Part shown: piece by piece, positions 20,850 through 31,031 of the stretch | Layout: every line of letters starts with the position of its first letter | How positions within the stretch are numbered: position 1 is the first letter of the stretch | Translations under genes and position numbers: made by a program | Notes under the pieces: model-generated | Told to the model about the DNA's origin: nothing | Databases searched by the model: none | The model's input: the letters and a program-made list of their open reading frames with translations, nothing else | Assembly (NCBI RefSeq): GCF_010672305.1 | Contig: NZ_JAAHGX010000014.1 | Location: 26,698-90,697 of the forward strand | From: Okeania sp. SIO2G5 | GTDB taxonomy: Bacteria > Cyanobacteriota > Cyanobacteriia > Cyanobacteriales > Microcoleaceae | Length of the DNA stretch: 64,000 nucleotides | Direction of reading: 5' to 3'

Positions 20850-21137
20850 GTGTCTGTCGAGACTATAGAAAAGCGTTCCACTTCCACAGTCCGTAAACCT
20901 GCACCACGTTATCGTGTTTTACTCCATAACGATGATTTTAATAGTATGGAGTATGTAGTGCAAGCATTGATGAAGACAGTGCCGAGTCTAACTCAACCCC
21001 AAGCTGTCGATATTATGATGGAAGCTCACAGTAATGGTATTGCATTGGTGATTACCTGCGCTTTAGAACACGCTGAGTTTTATTGCGAAAATTTAAAAAA
21101 TCAGGGACTAACTAGCACTATAGAACCTGATGAGTGA
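20850..21137 (+). CDS. clpS: ATP-dependent Clp protease adaptor ClpS
   Basis: 95 aa with GTG start. …YRVLLHNDDFNSMEYVVQALMKTVPSLTQPQAVDIMMEAHSNGIALVITCALEHAEFYCENL is the ClpS signature. Confidence 0.9.
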   Translation: MSVETIEKRSTSTVRKPAPRYRVLLHNDDFNSMEYVVQALMKTVPSLTQPQAVDIMMEAHSNGIALVITCALEHAEFYCENLKNQGLTSTIEPDE

Positions 21138-21198
21138 TTTAATTGTAATATAGAAGCCGAGTTTCTACCTTGAGAAGCTCGGTTTCTCATTTGTATAG

Positions 21199-22236
21199 GT
21201 GTTGGTAGTGCCTAATTTATCATTTGGCAAAATTGCAAAGTTTTCGGTTCCTATCAGAATAGGAATTTTTATTTTAACATTATTTCTGGGTTGGATACCA
21301 CTAGCAGCACCAATATATTTTTTTGGGCGAGATGCAAATTTAGCGAGTATATTGGCGATCGCTCTATTATATATAGAGTTTATTATTTTAGTCCAGTTTT
21401 GGGGAAAGAAAGTTTATCAACAACCACACCTACTACGTCACTACGGTTTAGAAATAAGTAGGGTCAACTTTCAGAATTTTTTTCAAGGTTTAGGAATAGG
21501 TTTAGTTAGTCTGTTTGGTTTTTTTATTTTAGAAGCGCTTCTGGGATGGGTAATATGGCAGTCACCTTCAGCAAAGTTACCTCAATTTATTCTGGAAGGT
21601 TTATTGGTATCTGTGGGTATTGGTTTTGCTGAGGAGTTACTATTTCGAGGGTGGTTATTGGATGAGTTGGAGCGAGACTACAAACCAAAAGTAGCTTTGT
21701 GGGTAAGTAGTATTGTGTATGCCTTACTACACTTTATTAAACCAGTTGAGGAAATTTTGCGGATTTGGTTTCAGTTTCCTGGTTTGGTGTTGTTAGGTTT
21801 AATCTTTGTTTGGGCAAAACGTGGATCAGTTGAAGAAGGAAGAAGGAAGAAGGAAGAAGGAAGAAGGCATCCCCCCTTGCCCCCCTTTGAAAGGAAGAAG
21901 GAAGAAGGCATCCCCCCTTGCCCCCCTTTGAAAGGAAGAAGGAAGAAGTGGATGGTGACTCAAAACCCAACTAATTATCAACACCGTGTAGATAGCGGGG
22001 TATTAAACCCAAAAGAAAAAGATAAATTGACTTATTATCAACAACAATTATTGGGTTTGCCTATTGGTATTCATGCTGGTTTTGTTTGGGGTTATTACAT
22101 TATTAATGTGGGTGGTTTAGTTAAGTATTCTAGTGTAGTTGGAGAGTGGATAGTTGGGATAAATGGTAATCCTTTAGCAGGTGTAATGGGGTGGTTTTTT
22201 TTAGGAGCGATCGCTTTGTTTATTCAGCGAAAGTGA
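21199..22236 (+). CDS. CPBP-family (CAAX/Abi-type) intramembrane metalloprotease carrying an in-frame heptamer-repeat insertion
   Basis: 345 aa with multiple TM helices and the motifs EELLFRG and …YALLHF…. A 118-bp repeat block (21832-21949) is translated in frame as …EEGRRKKEEGRRHPPLPPFERKKEEGIPPCPPLKGRRKKW…. Confidence 0.75.
   Translation: MLVVPNLSFGKIAKFSVPIRIGIFILTLFLGWIPLAAPIYFFGRDANLASILAIALLYIEFIILVQFWGKKVYQQPHLLRHYGLEISRVNFQNFFQGLGIGLVSLFGFFILEALLGWVIWQSPSAKLPQFILEGLLVSVGIGFAEELLFRGWLLDELERDYKPKVALWVSSIVYALLHFIKPVEEILRIWFQFPGLVLLGLIFVWAKRGSVEEGRRKKEEGRRHPPLPPFERKKEEGIPPCPPLKGRRKKWMVTQNPTNYQHRVDSGVLNPKEKDKLTYYQQQLLGLPIGIHAGFVWGYYIINVGGLVKYSSVVGEWIVGINGNPLAGVMGWFFLGAIALFIQRK
21832..21949. 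repeat. (GGAAGAA)n heptamer tract plus a tandemly duplicated 41-bp unit (GGAAGAAGGAAGAAGGCATCCCCCCTTGCCCCCCTTTGAAA, x2) inserted inside the CPBP protease ORF without breaking the frame
   Basis: Direct reading. The same heptamer family occurs at about 11886-11915, 15135-15165, 16040-16065, 16155-16195, 27020-27045, 41735-41780, 53735-53770, 59735-59765 and 63240-63290. Confidence 0.7.
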
Positions 22237-22465
22237 ATTGGTATAACCTAGAGGTAGTTATAGTCATTTAACTTTAGATTGAGACAAAGCTTTCTTGCTA
22301 TGAGGGAGTTTCAGACGAAAAAACGTCTCATTTTTAAGTTAAACTACTATATATCATGTCTGGATAATAGCGTTCTGATTCAATATCAAATTGCTAATAG
22401 CTATAATGCTTATAGAACAAGTTTTTTGGGGAATTTATAATTTATAAAGCGACAAGTCTAATATT

Positions 22466-23845
22466 TTATACAGTTGCAACAGAGGGAGGTTTTGTTTGTG
22501 ACAGTATGCGTTTAGCTTTCATCAGCATTTTTACTCCTCCCTTGGGTCCTAAAGTTACTCCTCGACGTTGGGGTTTTACAGGTTGATTTTCTGCTAATTC
22601 CATCTCGAAATTAGATAATAGAGTTGCCAATACCAAGCGCATCTCAAAATCTGCTAGTGCCATTCCCAAACAGCGACGACTGCCACCTCCAAATGGCAAA
22701 TATTCATAGGGAGAAAACTTCTTCTCCAAAAATCGCTCTGGCTTAAACTTTTTCGGTTCTGGGTACAAATCTTCTCGTTGGTGAGTCAAATAAATAGAAC
22801 CACGAATTGTTGTATCTGCTTCCAAGTGATAACCCTGCAACTCAACAGGTTGTTTTGTCCGACGAGGAAATGTCATAACTACTACTGGATATATTCGTAA
22901 GGTTTCCTGACAAACTGCTGTGAGATAGGGTAAACGGAATATTGTCATGGGTTCAGCATCTATTTCCAGAGTTGTCAACTCTTCGATCAACTTTTGATAC
23001 ACTTGTGGTTGTTTATGAACCCAATAAACTGCCCAAGCTAGAGCTGTTGCAGTGGTTTCGTGACCAGCCAATAACAATGTCATCAACTCATCCCGAATTT
23101 CTTGGTCTGTCATACCTTGACCTTCTTCATCTTGTGCTAATAGCATTAAGGTCAAGATATCAGTACGATTTGGATCTAGTTGAGAGCGGCGAGTGGCAAT
23201 TTCTGTATATAGGAGTTCATTAAGTTTTTGTTGTTGACGCTGATACTTACCCCAAGGACTCCAAGGGCCTAAATCCTTTTGCAACCAGGGAAAAAATAAT
23301 AAACTAGCTCGGAGTGGAGAAGCTGTGAGTTCAAGAAAATCTGTCAACATTGACCTAATTTGTGATAAGCGGGGGCTATCATATAGACCAAAAACAGTTT
23401 GGAGTATCACCTGCATCGTAATTTCTTGCATCAGTTTACGGGCAATAAATGTTTTACTCACTGTTAAGTTGCTGGCTACTTCTTTGGTGATGTTACAGAT
23501 TAAATCACCATAGTTCCGCATTCTGTTGCCATGAAAGGGAGGCATTAATAATTTGCGTTCTCGACGGTGGCGATCACCTTCTAAGCAAGAAATTGAGTAT
23601 TCCCCAAACACTGATTGTAAAAGTTTATTAGCAGGAACTTCATACTCATTATTATCCTTTGTCAATACCTCCTGCAAAGCTTGCGGACTGCTGAGGATCA
23701 CAGCTTTCTCAGCAGGAGCAGGAGTTATCATGGTAAAAATATCTCCATACTTCTTGGCATAAAATTCAAGAGTATTGAGTGGAGCGAGAACCAATTGCAG
23801 TCTCTGAAAAAGCGGTGGTGTTTTTGGTCCTTTGATTAATTTCAT
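22466..23845 (-). CDS. cytochrome P450 (CYP110-like)
   Basis: Heme-binding loop FGGGSRRCLGMALADFEMRL. The ExxR motif (ETLRIYP) is present. Probable start is MKLIKGPKTPPLF…YGDIFT (ATG complement at 23843-23845). The six-frame ORF runs a further 33 codons upstream to 23944. Confidence 0.85.
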   Translation of the reverse strand: MKLIKGPKTPPLFQRLQLVLAPLNTLEFYAKKYGDIFTMITPAPAEKAVILSSPQALQEVLTKDNNEYEVPANKLLQSVFGEYSISCLEGDRHRRERKLLMPPFHGNRMRNYGDLICNITKEVASNLTVSKTFIARKLMQEITMQVILQTVFGLYDSPRLSQIRSMLTDFLELTASPLRASLLFFPWLQKDLGPWSPWGKYQRQQQKLNELLYTEIATRRSQLDPNRTDILTLMLLAQDEEGQGMTDQEIRDELMTLLLAGHETTATALAWAVYWVHKQPQVYQKLIEELTTLEIDAEPMTIFRLPYLTAVCQETLRIYPVVVMTFPRRTKQPVELQGYHLEADTTIRGSIYLTHQREDLYPEPKKFKPERFLEKKFSPYEYLPFGGGSRRCLGMALADFEMRLVLATLLSNFEMELAENQPVKPQRRGVTLGPKGGVKMLMKAKRILSQTKPPSVATV

Positions 23846-24134
23846 ATTAGTTACTTGTGAATTTTTGTACTGTTTAATATTATAACTTAACAAGAGCATT
23901 TTATCGGTTTTTTGTCTCAAATTCAATGCCCTAGTGTTAGACAAATTTTTATGTTGGCGACTGCCGTTTGCGTAGCATTCTGTAGGAAAATAATTAATAA
24001 TTAATTATTACTTATCTTTGGCCAAGTTCTTTACATTGAAAAAGTTTGATCGACCAAGAGAAGAAAAAATTTTCATTATTAGTCAATCCTCTTCTTTTCA
24101 AGTAGAGGTAATTATTAATTATTAATTATTAATA

Positions 24135-24300
24135 ATTATATCATGTCCGGTAGCATCGGTATTGTATAGCAAGGGTAGGGAACACTTAACTGGGAACAGG
24201 GAACAGTCAGGAATACTTAAGAGCAAGAAAAAAACTTAAATTTCCTGTAGATATTCACCTTTGGGTTTACACAAACGCGCCCCAGTGGACATGATATTAA
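24135..24300. mobile_element. Second copy of the MITE-like element with TATCATGTCCGGTAGCATCGGTATTGTA… terminal inverted repeats
   Basis: Left end TATATCATGTCCGGTAGCATCGGTATTGTATAGC. Right end GGGTTTACACAAACGCGCCCCAGTGGACATGATATTAA, whose reverse complement matches the left end of copy 1. Confidence 0.5.
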
Positions 24301-24332
24301 TTGTTGAATCCTATCTCCTCGCTCATTCCCAT

Positions 24333-24482
24333 TTCTCCCCTCCTGGGAGGGGTTAGGGGTGGGTTGTCTCCTGTCTCCTTTCTTCCCCTCCTGTCTCCTT
24401 TCTTCCCCTCCTGTCTCCTTTCTTCCCCTCCTGTCTCCTTTCTTCCCCTCCTGGGAGGGGTTAGGGGTGGGTTGTCTCCTAC
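24333..24482. repeat. Tandem array of four 20-bp units (TCCTGTCTCCTTTCTTCCCC) flanked by direct copies of TCCCCTCCTGGGAGGGGTTAGGGGTGGGTTGTCTCC
   Basis: Direct reading. ORF 24301-24534 is an artefact of this repeat. A related CCTCCCAGGAGGG short dispersed repeat occurs at about 5120-5160, 25950-26000 and 48350-48395. Confidence 0.6.
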
Positions 24483-24806
24483 CCCTACTAAAAGACTTTT
24501 GAGCGCAAACCCTAATTATTGCTCTGCTGATTAAATCTCAAAGCATTGATATATAAAGATATTAGCCTTTTTTAGCTGGAAATACCTGGTTTTGATCCCT
24601 TCACGCTCATGCATGAAGCGCATTTTGGGGTGACTATGGCAGAAAAATCACTCTTGCTATAATGAACAACCACCTTATCTATAACTCCCTCGTTCCTCCT
24701 GACTCTTAACTACTCCCTACTCCCTACTCCCTACCTCAACAAAAAGACTTTCCATAAGCAAACCCTAATTAGTATTAGAAGGTAGAGAGTTGAAGCGTCA
24801 TAAAAT

Positions 24807-25751
24807 TCAAATATCTTGTCTATTTCTGGCATCTAAAAATTTTAATTGTTGATACAACATCCCAATTTTATCTAGCTGAATACCTGCTGCACCTGTCATT
24901 CGTAAAGGGTTGCCAATAATACTTTCTATTTCTAAAGGTTGTCGTCGCTCATAATCAATTTTCATGCTAGTTAAATAAGGGTTTAACTTGTCAGTATGGT
25001 CTAACATATTTTGAATATAACTATTTGGAATTTCGCACTTACAACTTTTTGCACCTTCCAATACTTCTTGCATTATTTCTGTGATTAAGTTTCTAGTATT
25101 AGTATCTCCCATCATTTCATCAGTTCGAGCATCTAGAATTACTGACAAGCTGTTATAAGGAATATTCCAAACTAATTTTTTCCATCTTTCTTGGAATAAA
25201 TCTTCACTCAAATTAACTTGTATTCCAGCACTTTCAAAATCCTGGGAAATTTCACGCATTTTATTTGTAATACCAGCAGATTGATAATTTGTGGCATATT
25301 TTCCGATTCTAATCAAACCATAATCTACATGACGAATATGACCGTAACCTATTTTATTAGAAGCAAGATTACATACTCCTCCAATTACTCTTTCTTTACC
25401 AACAGCTTTAGCTATTTCAGGTTCTGCACCCAATCCATTTTGTAAGAGTAAGACAACGTTATTTTCTTTGCATAAAGGTGAGAGTAATTCTGGTAATAAA
25501 TGGTTTTGTGTTGTTTTTAATGCGACGATAATTACATCACATTTTGGTATTTTATTAGTATTGTTATAGGCATTAATTTGAGGGAGGTTAAAGTCGCCAT
25601 CTTTGGATTCTATGATTAAGCCATTTTTGAGAACGTGCTGATAATCACTACGCAGTAAAAAATGAACTTCTAATCCTGATTTTTGTAGTTTTGCACCGTA
25701 AAAACCTCCTAGTGCGCCACTGCCAATAATAGCGTAAGTATTTTTTGACAT
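24807..25751 (-). CDS. panE: 2-dehydropantoate 2-reductase (ketopantoate reductase, ApbA/PanE family)
   Basis: 314 aa. N-terminal Rossmann fold IIGSGALGGFYGAKL. ApbA_C domain with …IESIIGNPLRM…. Confidence 0.8.
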   Translation of the reverse strand: MSKNTYAIIGSGALGGFYGAKLQKSGLEVHFLLRSDYQHVLKNGLIIESKDGDFNLPQINAYNNTNKIPKCDVIIVALKTTQNHLLPELLSPLCKENNVVLLLQNGLGAEPEIAKAVGKERVIGGVCNLASNKIGYGHIRHVDYGLIRIGKYATNYQSAGITNKMREISQDFESAGIQVNLSEDLFQERWKKLVWNIPYNSLSVILDARTDEMMGDTNTRNLITEIMQEVLEGAKSCKCEIPNSYIQNMLDHTDKLNPYLTSMKIDYERRQPLEIESIIGNPLRMTGAAGIQLDKIGMLYQQLKFLDARNRQDI

Positions 25752-27067
25752 TTTATTGTTCTTAAATTAGACTCTGTTTCTATTTTATTGAATCAGGTAG
25801 AATAAAGCTGTTTAAATCAATTTTTAACTGGTAAAAATATTGTGTTATTATCAAGTCGATGAAAGTCTCCTTCAATATTATGGATAATACTTTTCAAGCT
25901 CTAGAATGCGATACTGATATTTTGATAAAACGATGGAGGAGTCAGGAGTCAACCCACCCCTCGCCCCTCCCCCTCCCAGGAGGGGAAGTCAGGAGTTAGG
26001 AGGAAAAAAGAAGGAAGTTTTTTATCAGTAATTAAGCGGACATGATATAAGTCAATTGCCTCTTGGTTTTTTCAAGAAAAGCTAGAAATTATTGAAAATG
26101 AAGTAAGAATTATCTTCGGAGATATAAAGTTAATTTTCCCAATAGAAGGTATTGAGTGTAAGATATTAAAACTTGGCTCTAAAACTTGGAAACCTGGTAA
26201 GCTGAGAATTCAAGTAATACTCAAAAATGCTAGTATTCAAACTATGGAATTTTAATTTTGTTATGACGAACCACCACAACAAGAATCACCATTAGACGAT
26301 ATTCGACAAAGAGAAGATTATCAACAACTTTTAAATAATCAATAAACTTATTACTGGCAAACTGGAAAACTAAAAAAATGAAAACTAAAAAAATATTCAG
26401 TGTGACACTACTAATTATACTGTAAGTATTATTTTGAGACTATAAGTATTATTTTAAATTTATTTATACAGCAGATTTCACCTAAGTTAAGTACACCAGT
26501 AGCGGAAAAAATACCCGCACCACAAAAGTTTTATTTAAACTCTATTATTAAGGGCGAAGTCTTAATTTTTTTTACTTCATATACTTGCATTTTGCTGTAT
26601 TAAACTCAACTCTATCATTATTTTATCTGTTCAAATTTTTCAACTTTAATTTTGCTACATGAATAGTCTTTCCATTATCCAGTTTAAAATTTTTCCTAAA
26701 GCAAATCCTCCTGCCAATGCTAAGAAAATATAATACAGTAGATTCCACTTTAATCAGATACACCCGTCGCTGGCAAGATGCCCGCACTAGAAACATTTAA
26801 TTGTTAATCTCTGTACTTCTTATGGGAGGAATCTGCTGTAATTTATATTTATAACTCCAGCTTAAGTTTCTAGAATGTTCTAAATAAAGAAAGATAGAAA
26901 AAAATAGCAGGCAAAAACAGTACTAAAACTAAAGTTATAGTGTTTATAAAAGTTATAGCAGTCGAAGGAAAGGTTAGGAGAAATAAAAAACTTAAAACTC
27001 AGACAAAGGAATATTTTTCCTTCTTCCCTCTTCCTTCTGCTATATACCAATTCCTAAAAATAATGCT

Positions 27068-27508
27068 CTACTTATATTCATTGTTAATTTTTGAATAACT
27101 AGGAAAACTCAATAACCATTTCCTCATTTCATCAGATAATTTTTGCCTACTTCTACTTTGAGGATGAATACAAACGTGCTTCGTAATAGCTCTGGCCACC
27201 CACTTATCCTCTGTTTCTTTTAAAAATACTTGATAGGAAATCTCAAACTCATCATCTCTCCAACTTTTAGGAATTAATTCAATAGTTAACTCATCCCCAC
27301 AAAACATCGGGCGACGAAAATCAACATTAGCATAAATAATTGGAATAGCTATTTCTTGATTACTAAAAAAAACTTTCAGATTAATACCAAATTCTACTAA
27401 AGATGCTTCATAAGTTTCATGGCACATTGCTAAAACATTAGCAAAATAAACTACTCCAGCAGCATCGGTATCTTGAAAATGAACTATTCTTGTATAGTAA
27501 AAAGACAT
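27068..27508 (-). CDS. hotdog-fold acyl-CoA thioesterase, likely 1,4-dihydroxy-2-naphthoyl-CoA hydrolase (phylloquinone pathway)
   Basis: 146 aa. MSFYYTRIVHFQDTDAAGVVYFANVLAMCHETYEASL is the 4HBT-family signature, with a catalytic Asp in the DTDAAG context. Resembles the cyanobacterial DHNA-CoA thioesterase (Slr0204-type). Confidence 0.65.
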   Translation of the reverse strand: MSFYYTRIVHFQDTDAAGVVYFANVLAMCHETYEASLVEFGINLKVFFSNQEIAIPIIYANVDFRRPMFCGDELTIELIPKSWRDDEFEISYQVFLKETEDKWVARAITKHVCIHPQSRSRQKLSDEMRKWLLSFPSYSKINNEYK

Positions 27509-27717
27509 TTATAGATATAGGTTTAATAGTAATACCATTTCTCTATGAATTTGCGCTGAATAAAAGATGATAATTATCAGAATAATAAGGTCAGGACAAA
27601 AATTATTAAGTGCATCGTTACAAAGAAATGATATTAGATTGAATAAAGTTTTAGGTAATAGGTATTAGGTTCAATTGAAGATTAAACTTTAACCAGTTAT
27701 AGAAACCGTAAAGACAG

Positions 27718-28200
27718 TCATATTTTCTACACTTATAACCTGACACCTACCAGGAAGGGTAGGGAGGATAAATCATATATTTAGGAATTAGGCATTTTTG
27801 AGTTCTAAACACTACATATCTGTAACGTTATAGTTTTTCTCGTTATATATAGTCTGTTTACCTAAATTCGGAACTATAACGTTATAGTTTTTCTCGTTAT
27901 ATATAGTTTGTTTACCTAAATTCCGAGTCGCCTACCACCTAGAACTAAAGTCCCGGTAGACAGGATAAATCATATATTTAGGAATTAGGCATTTTTGAGT
28001 TCTAGAGACGACATATCTGTAACGTTATAGTTTTTGCTCACTATATATAGTCTGTTTACCTAAATACCGATCGCCTGACACCTACCACTCAAGGAAGGGT
28101 AGGGAAAATAAATCATATATTTAAGAATTAGGGATTTTTGAGTTCTAAACACTACATATTTGTAACGTTATAGTTTTTGCTCACTATATATAGTAGTCGA
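27718..28200 (+). repeat. Complex nested tandem-repeat locus (about 190-bp macro-units x3, each containing one or two about 50-bp subunits …CTGTAACGTTATAGTTTTT(C/G)…TATATATAG…)
   Basis: Direct reading. The core GGCATTTTTGAGTTCTAAACACTACATATCTGTAACGTTATAGTTTTT is shared with the 76-bp array at 56483-56925. Confidence 0.6.
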
Positions 28201-28360
28201 AGCAAAGGGTGCGGACATATCAAAAGCTTAAAACTCAGACAACGCAAAATTTTTCAGTCCTTCGTTCCTTCCTTCTTCCTTTTCTGAACAATGAACAATC
28301 ACTACAATAAAATTGAGTATTGTTCATTGAACATTCATCAGGACTAATTTTGTAATTAAA

Positions 28361-28807
28361 TTAACCCTTATTTTTAATCATTATTACATCAATAATCTTA
28401 GTAGCTACTGCTTCGGAAATTTCCAAAGCATTATATAACTCATTCAAAAGTTGTTCCTCCTCTTCAGCAAGGTCTCCATCTACTAAAACCAAGTCTGTAC
28501 TAACAGCAAAAACTGTTTCCCTTAACTCCTTTGGAAGTTTAGCAACTGCAGCATCAAACAAAGGCTTAATTTCTTGATTTTTAATCATACCGAGAAGACG
28601 GTCTTGCATTTCTGTCTTACGTTCCTTTGAATAATCACTAAACAGTTCCATGCGAGAGAAAATATTATTAATACCTTGAGATTCACTCTTCGTAATAACA
28701 CCATCAGCAGCAACAGCAATTAAAGCGATCGCTGCAAAAGCTTCTGCCGGTTCTAATTGAATATCAGTAGCTTGTATTGTTGTTGTTCCTTGATCGAAAA
28801 GACCCAT
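28361..28807 (-). CDS. TerB-domain protein (tellurite-resistance TerB-like)
   Basis: 148 aa. …AEAFAAIALIAVAADGVITKSESQGINNIF…VSTDLVLVDGDLAEEEEQLLNELYNAL… shows the typical TerB two-helix-pair acidic motifs. Confidence 0.7.
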   Translation of the reverse strand: MGLFDQGTTTIQATDIQLEPAEAFAAIALIAVAADGVITKSESQGINNIFSRMELFSDYSKERKTEMQDRLLGMIKNQEIKPLFDAAVAKLPKELRETVFAVSTDLVLVDGDLAEEEEQLLNELYNALEISEAVATKIIDVIMIKNKG

Positions 28808-28921
28808 TTTAGTACCTCATCAATGATTTTTTTACCATCTCTATTTTGGAAAAATATTAGGTGTTATTAAATAAGTTTTAGATTGAATATACAACCTAAA
28901 ATTTACCACCTACTACCTTCT

Positions 28922-30277
28922 TCAATACTTCTCAAAAACTGCTAAATTAGCTTTGAGAAAATCAATAAATTGTCGTGCCGTTCGCCCAGAGCGACCATTA
29001 TATTTCGTAGCCCATTGTAAAGCTTGATAGTCTAAATCTTCAGGATTTAGATTAATTTTTGCCTGTTTTGCCAGATGTCTAACAATTGTTAAATAAGTAT
29101 CCTGGTTAGCAGGTTCAAAAGTTAAAGTTAAGCCAAAGCGATCGCTAAAAGAAAGCTTTTCTTGAACTGTATCCCAATTATGAACCTCATCACTATCTTT
29201 TGGGCGAGGGCGATCGTTAAAAAATTCTCTAATTAAATGCCTTCTATTTGATGTAGCATAGACTACCACATTTGTTGGTCTAGCAGTTAAATTACCCTCT
29301 AAAACAACTTTAAGAGCTTTAAAAGTATCATCATCTTCTTCAAAAGAAAGATCATCTACAAAGATAATAAATTTTTGTGGAATATCGCGTAATTTTTCTG
29401 CAATTAATGGTAAATCTTTTAAGTCTGATTTAGCTACTTCCACTAAACGAAGATTGCGTTGACTATATTCATTTAATAAAGCTTTTATTAAAGAAGATTT
29501 TCCAGAACCGCGACTACCATAAAGTAATACATTAAGTGCTGAATATCCTGCTAGGAGAAATTGTGTATTTTTGATTAAGGTATCTTTTTGAAATTCATAT
29601 CCGACTAATTCTTTTAATTCAACTGGGTCGGGGTAAGTAATAGTAAGTAGTTGACCGTTACGCCATTCAAAGGCAATTGATTCAGCAAATAAACCAGTGC
29701 CATTATGATGATAATGAGTGGCTAAGGTCTCAATGGCATCTGCCCAATTTTCTAATTTTTTTAACTCGTCGTAGATAGCTTCTTTTTGTTGTGATTGTAT
29801 TTCCCACGCAATAGGGGGATTCTCTAATTTAGCTATTGTTTTTACCCACTGACTAATTGTTTTACCACTGCACTGATAAAGATTTTGTAAAATTTGTAAA
29901 TCATGTTTTGCAGCTGCAATTAAATTTGGAGATAGGCTGGTAATATTTATTTTTTGAACTTGTTGACTAAAGGGATTATCATCTTGAATAATCTGAGCAA
30001 TTAGATATTCTTGCCAGGAAATATTTTGACTAGCAATATTTCTAAACCAGTTACCATAAGCTTGAAGGCATTCTATAGCAACTCCATCATTTTTAGACAA
30101 AGATTCTAATAATTGGATAAAAGCTTCACCCACTGTTTTTTTTAGAACAGACTGATATAACAATAGAGATGCTATTTGCTGTTGTAAGTTTTGAATTTTG
30201 GCTAACACTTGGGAACCTAAACAAGACATAATTAATGATATGATTGCCTTATTAAATAAAGGATCAGCACTTAGCAC
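28922..30277 (-). CDS. P-loop NTPase of the AAA-like DUF815 type
   Basis: 451 aa. Walker A LLYGSRGSGKSSLIKALL. Walker B IIFVDDLSFEEDD. C-terminal helical domain. Lies 114 bp upstream of the TerB gene on the same strand. Confidence 0.6.
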   Translation of the reverse strand: MLSADPLFNKAIISLIMSCLGSQVLAKIQNLQQQIASLLLYQSVLKKTVGEAFIQLLESLSKNDGVAIECLQAYGNWFRNIASQNISWQEYLIAQIIQDDNPFSQQVQKINITSLSPNLIAAAKHDLQILQNLYQCSGKTISQWVKTIAKLENPPIAWEIQSQQKEAIYDELKKLENWADAIETLATHYHHNGTGLFAESIAFEWRNGQLLTITYPDPVELKELVGYEFQKDTLIKNTQFLLAGYSALNVLLYGSRGSGKSSLIKALLNEYSQRNLRLVEVAKSDLKDLPLIAEKLRDIPQKFIIFVDDLSFEEDDDTFKALKVVLEGNLTARPTNVVVYATSNRRHLIREFFNDRPRPKDSDEVHNWDTVQEKLSFSDRFGLTLTFEPANQDTYLTIVRHLAKQAKINLNPEDLDYQALQWATKYNGRSGRTARQFIDFLKANLAVFEKY

Positions 30278-30692
30278 TCAGCAATTAGTAGGAGCATTTT
30301 TTTTAGGTTTAGAAGGGGATTTCAACTCCTACTAAACTATCTGAAACAATATTTGTTAGAGATTTTAACCCAAACTCAAAAAACTTTATAATAGCTGATA
30401 GCTTACCACTGGATACTTACCTATTTCTTTGGCGTAATGTAAATCTATGTAATTCTATAATAAATTTTACTCTTTGTAGTTATAAACCACTATTTTTTTA
30501 CATTTACTTAAGATGCAATTTAAGATCGAGAAATATTTCAAAAAATGTTATTGAATAGTTGAAAATTTCATTTTTAATCATAGTTTAATAATTATTGAAT
30601 CTTGATTAAGCAATATTAAGTTTTGATAAATTGGCTAGCTATTGCCACAAATAAGCTGTATAAGTTAGTTTTAGTTTTAGGAGTTAATAATA

Positions 30693-31031
30693 ATGACTAT
30701 AAATATCGCCATAATAGCAGCGATCGCCTATGGTATATTAGCCATTGTTGGGGGCATTATTGGATATACGAAAGTAGGCAGCAAAATATCTTTAATATCT
30801 GGTAGTATCAGTGGTTTACTACTAATTGTTAGTGGAATTATTCAACTAATGGGCATGAATTGGGGTCTAATATTTTCTACCCTCATTACAACTATTCTAG
30901 TAATTACATTCATTATTCGTTTAGCAAAAACTCGTAAAATGATGCCTGCGGGATTAATGATTTTAACTGGAGTTGCTGCTGTAGCAGTTATGGTTTATGA
31001 AATTACCATAAACAATTCAGCCACAATTTAA
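30693..31031 (+). CDS. small 4-TM membrane protein (TMEM14/UPF0136-like)
   Basis: 112 aa with four hydrophobic helices rich in G/A/I. GGAG-type Shine-Dalgarno (AGGAGTTAATAATAATG). Confidence 0.55.
   Translation: MTINIAIIAAIAYGILAIVGGIIGYTKVGSKISLISGSISGLLLIVSGIIQLMGMNWGLIFSTLITTILVITFIIRLAKTRKMMPAGLMILTGVAAVAVMVYEITINNSATI

Noticed and set aside
26060-26240. Short conserved-looking peptide frame (…ILKLGSKTWKPGKLRIQVILKN…)
   Set aside because: The frame has no start codon (it is bounded upstream by TGA with no Met) and sits between solo MITE ends. It is likely a degraded gene fragment and too weak to call.
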